From Entomortierella parvispora E1425 (taxonomy: Eukaryota > Fungi > Mortierellomycota), in contig BQFW01000001.1 in assembly GCA_020891255.1 (NCBI GenBank), forward strand, positions 1,364,001-1,428,000: a DNA stretch of 64,000 nucleotides, written 5' to 3'. Below the pieces are notes generated by a model. The model worked only from the letters and a program-made list of their open reading frames with translations. It made no database searches and was not told the origin of the DNA. How positions within the stretch are numbered: position 1 is the stretch's first letter; each line of letters opens with the position of its first letter. Shown here one piece after another: positions 21,797-31,042 of this stretch. A program made the position numbers and the translations under genes.

Positions 21797-24700
21797 TTAG
21801 AAAGTGGTCTCGCTTTTTGAACGCTCCCATGGACTTGCCTGTTTGCTGCCCTGCTTGCGGGTGAGTGGACTGGCCACGGCGAATGGGACCTGTTGCGATG
21901 GACAGTCAAAGAAATGGTCGGCGCCTGTGTTAGATAACGAATGGATATAATTGTGGAGCAATTGGGCGATTCACTCACCTCCTGTGGATGATCCTGCTTC
22001 GGCCTGCCTTCCTCGCACTGACTCTGCGTAGGACCACAACCGCATGGGTGGTCTCTGTGCCCCGGTCTGTGGCTGACTCTGTGTCTGCTGTCGTGTTTGG
22101 GGTTGCATCCGTGGACGAGCTTGCGAACTTGACGCTGATGCTGGTCCTTGCCGTGCCTGTGCCTGTGCCACTCCCACTGCTGCAATGGCAGCATAGCTTT
22201 GTCTTTGTGATGACTGAGTGGGTGAAAGAAACGACCTTTGCTCTGGTGTCCATGACGCCTGGGCCTGTGTCTGGGCCTGAGCCTGACTGTGCGTTTGCGA
22301 ACCCAGAGCTGAACTTGTCCATGATCCTTGCGGTATCTGTGCCAGTGTCTGCGGTGCCGTCCTCTTTGCAGCAGGACGAGTGCGTCGCTTCTTTGGTGGA
22401 GGGCCTTCTGCCTGCACTTGCGTAGAACTTGACCCTGCAGCTGACCCTGAGCCAAGCTGGGCTAGAGTCTGTGCTTGCCTCTGCTTTTGGGCGTCCTTTC
22501 GGCTCAACTTTGGTGTCTGCGGAGTGCCTGAGAAAATACAATGTGAAATGTGGTCAAGAGGACGTCAAGAGGACATTCAGCAGCACATGGTCTATAACCT
22601 ATAAAAGCACAAGCAGCAGAGTTGCCTTACCTGGCGGCGACGGTGGTGGTGGAGGAGGTGGTGGTGCGCTTGAACTGCTCGAACTGGCAATGTCTGGCTG
22701 ATCACCAGATTCACCACGGCGAATGATTTTGTTGGCTGGCACACCCGGTGGAAGGTTGGGTCCATACCTTTGGTCAAAGACAAATTTCTCGTCCTTTGTG
22801 ATTGGCAAAAGGTAGGCAGGGCGCGAGAGGTGGTCCAGGTAGTACCTGGTCGCTACGACCATGTTGGAAGCAGCAAGAAGATCCCGGTGGAACCATGTCC
22901 CACAGCGGACACAATGGGCACGGCGTATTCCTATATAGCCCACAAAGTCCTGCTCGGAGATGCCGCTGCTCTGACACTTTGGGCAACGGCGGGAGGTATA
23001 ATACTCTGGCAAACCAACAATGATGTAGCCAAGTCTTCGGGCCTAGTTGCAATGGTTGTAGACATGAATCGTGGAACAACTGTTAGTCTCTTGTTCTTGT
23101 TGACTGGACCTTGACAGATCCGAAAAAAAAAAAAAAAAAAAAAAAAGGTGAAAGAAAAAAAATTACCCGTGGCACAAAGTGGTCCAGAAACGTGTTGTGC
23201 TTGGACATCTCGTAGCCCTTTGACACTGACGAGAACCCACGCTTCCCGTCCTGCCCGATGGAAATTACTCCCCTCGGTCTGGGCTGACCATCCTCTTGCA
23301 CGCGCAGATGTGTCCCCATGGCTGTTAAGATATGGTTGGTCAGAATGTCTAGCTCTGCCGTTGTCGCACGCTTCGTTTGTGCCTCACTCTTTTGATGTCG
23401 ATGGCCTTTTGTTGTAGAACGAAGAGAGTAAATGGTACTCTGGGGTCAACTTTTCCTGGATCCGTCCCTTTGGGTTGTTGTCCATCGACTCTAGCCTTGT
23501 TTCATACATTGCTATGGCCTGACCAGTCGTGGTCATTCCTGGAGTGAACTTGCGTGGTGGGATCAACTTGGCGCTCTCTCCAACCGGGATGTCAATGATG
23601 GTGTTGTTCTTCAATCTGTTGACTTCGCTCCGACGTCGATTGGACGGTTGGTACACTGCCCTTGTCTTTGCACTGATCGTATAGATAAAGTCGTCACTGT
23701 CATAGCGCTTGCAGGCAAATCCGACCATAAACTCCTTGCCAAGGTCAATCGCGCCAATGTCCACCCTGGTTGTGTCTGGAAACATTGCCGTCAGTGATTC
23801 CTGGCTAGGGACGGCTGTTGACAAGTTTGGTAGCAACTTTCGATTATCAGGGGAGAGGACATGTCTCCTGCGGAACCCTCCCCCCTCCTCGAATATCTCT
23901 GTGATAAATCGTTGTTGCTTCCGAATCCGGAGATCAACAGTTGAGAGGTAGGCGTGGGACCCATTGGTGACGATCGATCCTCTGTGTAGATACGACGGCA
24001 AAAAGTTTTTTGGTTGTCCGCGCACCAGGTTGGTAGCATCTGGTATCCTCCGCTGTGCCATCAAGAACTCGCTCGAGCTAACACTCTTGTCCGAGGCATC
24101 ATTTACTAGGTATGCTCTCAGATCAGACATCTCTTGGATCGTGGCAGTGGTGACCTTGTCTTTGTCTCCCTTGCCGAGGGGTGTCACCAGCTTTGTGAGG
24201 AGCCAGCCGGGAGGTAATTCGTTGAGGTCTAGCTTGAAGTTCTGTTGGGTGGATGCAGGAAGGCCTTGGAGGGTCTTTTCGGCGTTCCGTATAACCATGA
24301 TAAAGTTGAATATATCCCAAACATACTGGAAATGGTTCCAAAGGTCCAGCTCGCTTAGCCTGATGTAGCCGTTCCTTATGGGGGACTGAGGAAGACTCGT
24401 CGCAATGCCGGCCGCCTGATCAATAAAATACCTCCGCAACTGACATGCTAAACGGATGCCCAGTTGAGTTACAATACCGCCTTCCAGGTACACATTTCTC
24501 GACCCTTTAGCCTGAATCCCAGTCAAGACGAGGAGCGTGGACTCGTCAAAGTTGGTATTAACTTTGGAGTATAACGAGCGAATATCTTCAATGAGGTGGC
24601 GGTTGGTGTTTCCCTGACCAATTTCAAATTGGTGTCGAAAATACCTGAGCAGAGACACCATGAAGCCACCATTGTCCCCCTTCATTCCCGATTCATCCTC

Positions 24701-27483
24701 AATGTCTCCCTCGTCGTCGTCACCGTCCCCAGTGTTGTCTTCGTCAGGTGCATCGTCGTCCTCCTCGAGTTCCTCCTCCTCATCATCCACGTTGACTTCA
24801 TCATCAGAGTCCATGTCCTCCTTGGGACTCGAGACAGGAGCGGGAGCAGGCGAGTCAATGTCCATGTCCATGGGGCCAAGGCTAGACGTGTCAATATCCA
24901 TATCGGAAAGACCAACAGCAAGTGCGTCAACGTCCATACCGGTTGGACCGGACCCGGGAGTGTCAGCACTTTTCGTCTTGCTGCCCCTGCGACGACGCGA
25001 GCCCTTTTTCTTTTCGATATTCGCCAGCCTCTTCTTGCCTGCATTGTTGATAATGCTATCGACGTCGGCATTGGCAATCGCAGTAGCGGCGGCGGCGTCG
25101 GCGGCTGCCAAAGCAGTGGCGACATCAGTGTTGGTAGGATCAGCTTCGGCAGCAGTGCGAGCAATACTGGCCGCGGCTTTGGCAGCTTCAGCGGCGTCCC
25201 TCAATTTCTTTGGCAGAAACAAAGCTTCCTTCAAGGGCCGCAAATCCTTGGTGTCGGTGATGTACAACCCAGCGGCATCCTGCCCATGGCGCAACAGCTC
25301 GTTGGCGACCCGTGCAATGCGCCGCATGGTCTTGACAACTGCCAGTCTGACGTCGTTTTGGGTCAACTTCCTTAAGGTGTTGTACTTTGTTTTGTTTGAG
25401 TGTTCAGCCAACCACGATGCGCTGATCGCCTTGTCAATATTGCTTCCCAGCTGGCCCATATTCAGTGTTTTGCATGCGTGACGACCAGTCAGACTTTTGA
25501 GAAAGAACGATTTTCTCAAGGCGCGGTTGCTGGGTGGAGTGGCCGGCTTGGGTGCCTTTGGAGTCTTTGGAGTCTGCCCAGACTTTCTTGTCTTCTTTTG
25601 GCTCTGCTTGGGCTTGGTCTCGGGCTTGGTCCTTGCCTCGGGGTTCTCGGGGTCTTTGTTTTTTTTGCCATAGTCTGGATCGAATGGCTTGAATAGCTTG
25701 AATTCCAGATCCTTTGGCGGATCCCCCAAGGTCGCATTGACCTGCGTGCCTGCGCCTCCGACACAGTGAACTTTGATGGCAAACTGTTTGGAAGGCATCT
25801 TGTGAAATCCTTTGCTCTTGTACTCGGCCTTGCAGCGCCCAGCACGAATGGCCATGTTGTCATCACGTGTCAATCGGCGTGCGTTGACACATTGGCGATG
25901 GAGATGTTGACGTGCTTGACGCTCTTGACGTGCTGGATCGGGTGTCGCACTGTCATCCGGCCTGGGAGAATAGCCTGGGTGTGACGGGTCATCGAGGCGC
26001 GGGCACTGAACAGTCTTGAAGCGGTTGTACCTCTTTCTCTTGTACTTTTCTACGCTTGTTCTATTTGCGATCAAAGGTGTCATTGTAAAAAGAAGTGTCA
26101 GCAAGATGAGGTTTTCAATCGTGGCTCTGTCTGTATTTGTTCTGACATGATGACTTACTGCTGTGTCGACTTTTCCTTTCGGCTTTTGAGTACCTGGCGG
26201 CGAATCTTGCCGGCCGCAAGCATGCGCTTCTTCAGGTCGATGACTTTATCTCGCGTCTGATTCTCCAAGTTTGCTCTTGTGAGCTTTACGTCGTCACTGA
26301 GTGGAGTCTCTACGCCATCGATGAATATCCTCTTGGAAGACGCTCGTTGGTTTTCCTTCATCTCGACATCCGAGGGATCGATTTTTTCAATGGCCTCCTT
26401 GACATCCTTGTGTTCGTAGTAATTGTCCAAGATCTTGAGCGCAGCGTCCTTCACAGGAACGCCGTCCACAATGATGTCTAACAGAAGGTTGCACGGAGAG
26501 TGATTAGTTATTTTGCTTGATGTGAACTCTAGCATGATGTTTGGTAGAACGAAAAATGGCCTTGGCTACTTACCTTTTGAGCAAGACTTGATGATACGCG
26601 AATTGGTGACAATACCAAACCCAGCAAGGCTCGCGTTATAGTCCGTTTTGGACACACAGCCCAGCACTGTGAACTGAGCCCGTGTCCGCTCCGACTTTGC
26701 CAAAAGTTCATCGACATTGTACTGGATATACTTCTTGCCAGAGGGCCGCAGAAGGATCGGAATCGACGGATGGATGGCATAGTCACAGTCGTTGCCGACT
26801 ACAACAAACTTTGTCTTTGCGATAACCAGCTCCTTGGCTCGACGAACAATTGCGAGGTCGGCCTCACCGTCGACCAGCTTGACGTACTTCTGGGCGGCGG
26901 TATCGAAATGCTGCTTCAGCTGGTGATCGTTCAGAGTTTCTAAACCAACGTTAACCTCATGTTTGATGCGTCGTCTCGCCTGCACATGGCGCGGAGATTG
27001 TTCAAAAGTCCGTCCAAGCTGATAGTCATTCATGAAACGATCCGCCAATTGTGATGCCATCTGCTTGCTAAGCTTGTCCTTAAAGTCGTAGGTGAGGGAT
27101 GTGCAAGACCTTAATAGCTTTGTGCAGGTCCTGTAGTCGGTCTTGTTGGTACTCTTTCCGACGGCAGCTCTATCCTCCATCTCTTTAACAATGGATTCCG
27201 CACTGTCTAGATCGGCCTGGTTGTCACGTCGCGCCATGCTTGTTGCATGCTTCTCTTTGTTGCCATGGCCGTCGATAAAGAACTCGACATTGGGAGCATT
27301 GAACTTGTTCAGGATCCAAATGGCGGCGAATTCTTCTGGCTTGCCCATCTTGCTGTTGTAGACCGAGCGAACGAGAAATGGGTAAAACGAACCGACATCG
27401 ACGAGGATCTTGCAGTCTGGCAGATCGACTTTGGGGAGCTCCTTTGCTGTACCAACGACCGCCAAAAGGCCAGGGCCACCCAT
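21797..27483 (-). CDS. FEN1/XPG-like PIN nuclease-Fanzor (TnpB-like RuvC) fusion gene, copy A; one frameshift
   Basis: Exons 27483-26574, 26528-26159, 26060-23167, 23042-22631, 22527-21980, 21924-21797 with GT-AG introns. PIN motifs ILVD, FFIDG..EK, GEAD, GNDCDY, SKTDY. RuvC GAIDLG, GYIIVGLPEYYTSRRCPKC, CVRCGTWFHRDLLAASNM. Frame break at 23384. Confidence 0.85.
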
Positions 27484-27942
27484 TTTAGAAGAGCGACGCT
27501 GTGGTAAAAAAAAAAAAAAAAGCCTTTCTGATCAGATTCTTGCACCCTTGATATGAACAACGTCAAGGGGCTACTCATTCGCACTTGCTTCACAGTACCT
27601 GGTGTTGGCAGCAAACGAGGGCGGTAGCTTGTAGTAGACTTTTTCAAAGGGCCGAGGGGAGGCAGAGAGATGGCAGAGAGGTGCTATTACAGAAACCGTG
27701 TGAGTGTATTGCTCCCTTACACCGGATTAAAGCAGGCAAACAGCGCGAGTAAAGCCTACCTTTGCACGGCGTCGAGACAATATCTTTGTAGGGAGATACG
27801 TGAGGGGAGAGTCTTGGGAGAAGGAGCGTGGATAGTTGCGGATGGGGATGCGTTGGAAGGGTGTGTCAAGAGTGCACGTCGAGGAGAGAGTAGGAATGAG
27901 AAAGAGAAAAAAAGAGGCAAAATAATAACCAAGGTGGGGTAC

Positions 27943-27978
27943 GATGATGGATGTTGATGGATGTTGATGGATGTTGAT
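27943..27978. repeat. 10-bp tandem repeat (TGATGGATGT) x~3.5
   Basis: gatgatggatgttgatggatgttgatggatgttgat read directly, between the Fanzor A and Gag-like starts. Confidence 0.8.
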
Positions 27979-28397
27979 ATCCGCGTAGTCATCAGTAAAA
28001 GTGGACCACACCCCGCTGGCCCGTTTCCACAACCAGGTATCGTTTTCTTTGAGGGCATGTTGGCCAGACAGAAAACACAGCAGACATACGCTGCGCCAGC
28101 ACCACCGGTATCGTGTATGAGGGTTGCTCCCAGCTGGATATTGACAAGGGGCCCCCCTTCACTCAGATAAACCAAACGGGGTGCAACAAAGGATGCATTC
28201 ACTCAACGCTGTGAAATGATTCACAGGTGTTCAATATATTCAAAACAGTGACTGTAGATTATCCTGGGCAAATAAGTACACCCAATGCAAGACAATAAAG
28301 CACGTGATTATCGCCCTGTTTTTTTTAAAAAATCTTTTCGCCACTAAACTATTTTGTCCTTTTGTTCACATTCGTCGTCCCACCTCTATCCATCAAA

Positions 28398-28499
28398 TTA
28401 CGAACGATATTCGACTCTGGGAGACTCTAAGTTACGAACGACATTCGGCTCTGGGAGACTCTAAGTTACTAACGACATTTGACTCTGGGAGACTCTAAG
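28398..28499 (+). repeat. Three 34-bp tandem repeats just upstream of the Gag-like ATG
   Basis: Units 28398-28431, 28432-28465 and 28466-28499, consensus TTACGAACGACATTCGACTCTGGGAGACTCTAAG. Confidence 0.92.
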
Positions 28500-28513
28500 T
28501 ATTGTAGAAAGTC

Positions 28514-31003
28514 ATGGAGCCTTCGTTCCCTCAGCACAAGCCAAGTCCAGATCCCCAAGACCCACGACTCCGAAAGCTCAATCCCATGTCTCCATCGCCA
28601 GTGACTGTAGTCTCGGGTCTTGGAGCCTCTGCTGCGATGACAATGCAGGATAGCCGGGCCTACAATAACGTCAGTGACTGCAAGAATGCGCCTGACATGA
28701 CAACAGTCAAGGAGCAAAGCCCATTGGTCCAAGTGACGCCATCGAATGGCAACAAACAAGCGAATGGAGCTTCTGATTCACCATCACGACAACCGTTGCG
28801 AGTTCGACAGGAAGCTGACAAGCATCAGACAGCACAGCAGTCGATCCAGGATAAACAACGTTATCACAGAGAAGAAGAGAAAAGGCGCGAGGATTTCGCA
28901 CGCGGGCAGGTATTGTCATGGTTGCAACCGCAGGCGCAACCCCGGGCACAACCGCAGCCATCACAATCGCAACCGCAAATGCAACCACGACCACAAACTC
29001 AACAGCAACAGCAATCTCAGTTGCAACCTCAGTTGCATCCTCAATCGCGATCTCAATTGCAATCTCAACGGCAGCCACAACCTCCACCGCAAGTTCATCC
29101 TCAAGAACAAACACAAAGTCAGCGGCAACAAAGGCAGCCAGGGAAGCAGCAGCAACAGCAGGATCAAGAGCACACACAGACACAACCACAGCCACAGTTT
29201 CAAAAGCAACCCCAGCCACAGTTTCAAAAGCAACCCCAGCCGCAACATCAGCAACCACAACACTCACCTGATCAACAAAAGCCCCACGAAATGACCTGGA
29301 CCGAGTTGGACAGTCAGGATTCGAAAGCTATGACCGAACTTCAAATCCGCGATATCAACCAACTTTTGAGGGAAATGAGTCTTCTCGATCTGGTTAGATC
29401 CGATCCTCCTGTATTCAAAGACGATGCCAACCCGACAGGAGAGGAAATCAAGGCCCTTTTGCAGTTCTACAAGGAAAAATCTCAGAAATGCTGTCACCTC
29501 CAGGCGACAATCCATGTTCGATTTGTTCGGATCGAGAGTAGCATTCGGAAACTCGTCACCTTTGATCGAACATTCATGGAAAAGGCCTGTAAGCAGCTTC
29601 AGGAGCGAAAGGAGCACACCATGGTTTTGCTAAGAAACGAAATGAGCGCGCTCAAGATGGATATCGAGTCCTTGACAGAAATTCTGGCCTACATGACCGA
29701 ATTTGACAAGAGTCAGGAGGAACAACGGAGGCAGGAATTTGAGACAAAATGCCGGACAACCATCCGCTGGAATCCTACCATCCCAGAACATGACCGTCTT
29801 CGTGAGATTTTTGGACTCGAAGACATTCCAGTCATTACGGGAACGGATGATATTGATTACGGACAGGTCGGGCTTCGTATATTTCAGTCTTCTCCTTTTC
29901 TGAACTTGGAGCTCCCAGAATCCATATCCGACACGCGGATATTTAACGAGTTGATATGCGGCATTGCCGCATTTATACAGGAATTCGAAATGTACTATCG
30001 CGAAAAGCTTGGCGTCCTCTTTGAGCATATCGCATGGAAGTACATGCGATATTGTCTTTCAAGGAAGTCTGATATCCAAGATCGCTATGATGGACACATA
30101 CTGAGAGTCGACAAAACAGCCATTACTTGGGACCACACCAAAACATTTCTCCGCAAGGCCATAGGATTGGATATACTTCGGCCGCATTTGATAAGAAAAA
30201 TCCTCACCTTGACGCCCAAACCAAAGGAACTTTTTGCCTCCTTTGCAGACCGACTCACTCCATTGTTAGATACAGCAGGTGTATCTGACGCCGAAACTGG
30301 ATTGGTCGTGCTTTCCATTGTGAGCCTGCTGTCCGACTTTGGAGTTCAGGTCGTGTTGAATGAATACGGATCACTGGATGCAATCCCATCCCTGAGAGAT
30401 TTTCTCGTGCTTTTGAGCAACACTCCTAATGCCTTGGGCGAACCTCATACAGATAGGAGTCACCTCTTCCTTTTGAGGTACGGAGGGCCTAGAGGAGCCA
30501 AACTGGTCCGCAAAGACATACAGGTGCGGGACGCCAGGCGCGCCAATGCTGACTCCATCAGTGAAGTAAAGAATAGCTGCCCGTACCCGGGCCCCAGTGA
30601 AACTAAACCCAACATCTCAGTCAACACATCGCCAATCGGCAGTCCCATTCGCCAATCCCTCTCAAACACGTCTTCAGGCCAACAGAAGCGAGGGTCCCAT
30701 TTGCTGGACAGTGACAACGTTGAAGAACCAGCAGGCAGCAGCAATCAGCTCTCGGGAGACTATAGTAACGACACCCCTAGTCCTCGCCCATTAAGCAGTG
30801 GTAACAAAAAACACAGACCGAACAACACGAATACCAACAATTCTGATGCCACGACTAGAGGCAGAAAGAGCAATATTCAGAGGGTTTGCACATATACCGA
30901 GAAGTGTCGAAATATGCCCTATAAACATGAAGCCCTCTTGTGCTACGCGATGTTGAGAGATTTAAGTGTAGATACGTCAAAAGTGGACATTGTCCCAATA
31001 TAG
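28514..31003 (+). CDS. Orphan Gag-like protein (Q-rich N-terminus, coiled coil, capsid-like domain, CCHC-like C-terminus)
   Basis: Intact intronless 829-aa ORF. AAFIQEFEMYY..AWKYMRYCL..TWDHTKTFL..LTLTPKPKELFASFADRL parallels the Gag capsid region at 17176-19446. CTYTEKCRNMPYKHEALLC at the end. Confidence 0.6.
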   Translation: MEPSFPQHKPSPDPQDPRLRKLNPMSPSPVTVVSGLGASAAMTMQDSRAYNNVSDCKNAPDMTTVKEQSPLVQVTPSNGNKQANGASDSPSRQPLRVRQEADKHQTAQQSIQDKQRYHREEEKRREDFARGQVLSWLQPQAQPRAQPQPSQSQPQMQPRPQTQQQQQSQLQPQLHPQSRSQLQSQRQPQPPPQVHPQEQTQSQRQQRQPGKQQQQQDQEHTQTQPQPQFQKQPQPQFQKQPQPQHQQPQHSPDQQKPHEMTWTELDSQDSKAMTELQIRDINQLLREMSLLDLVRSDPPVFKDDANPTGEEIKALLQFYKEKSQKCCHLQATIHVRFVRIESSIRKLVTFDRTFMEKACKQLQERKEHTMVLLRNEMSALKMDIESLTEILAYMTEFDKSQEEQRRQEFETKCRTTIRWNPTIPEHDRLREIFGLEDIPVITGTDDIDYGQVGLRIFQSSPFLNLELPESISDTRIFNELICGIAAFIQEFEMYYREKLGVLFEHIAWKYMRYCLSRKSDIQDRYDGHILRVDKTAITWDHTKTFLRKAIGLDILRPHLIRKILTLTPKPKELFASFADRLTPLLDTAGVSDAETGLVVLSIVSLLSDFGVQVVLNEYGSLDAIPSLRDFLVLLSNTPNALGEPHTDRSHLFLLRYGGPRGAKLVRKDIQVRDARRANADSISEVKNSCPYPGPSETKPNISVNTSPIGSPIRQSLSNTSSGQQKRGSHLLDSDNVEEPAGSSNQLSGDYSNDTPSPRPLSSGNKKHRPNNTNTNNSDATTRGRKSNIQRVCTYTEKCRNMPYKHEALLCYAMLRDLSVDTSKVDIVPI

Positions 31004-31042
31004 CGCCACTGAAATAAAAACAGGCATATTGTATATTATTTA

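Noticed and set aside
23322-23387. Apparent intron (GTGAGG...TTAACAG) in Fanzor A
   Set aside because: Splicing it gives the wrong frame and deletes the KRATTAELD segment; a 1-bp frameshift fits better.
24596-25481. Plus-strand ORFs (259 and 273 aa) antisense to Fanzor A, and similar shadows opposite pol and the F-box gene
   Set aside because: Antisense shadows of biased-composition coding sequence with no independent motifs.
21300-28400. Terminal inverted repeats or TSD for Fanzor A
   Set aside because: Only scattered 8-bp matches found by eye, which is expected by chance.
28398-28499. 34-bp repeats as a CRISPR-like array
   Set aside because: Units are contiguous with no unique spacers, and the context is eukaryotic.
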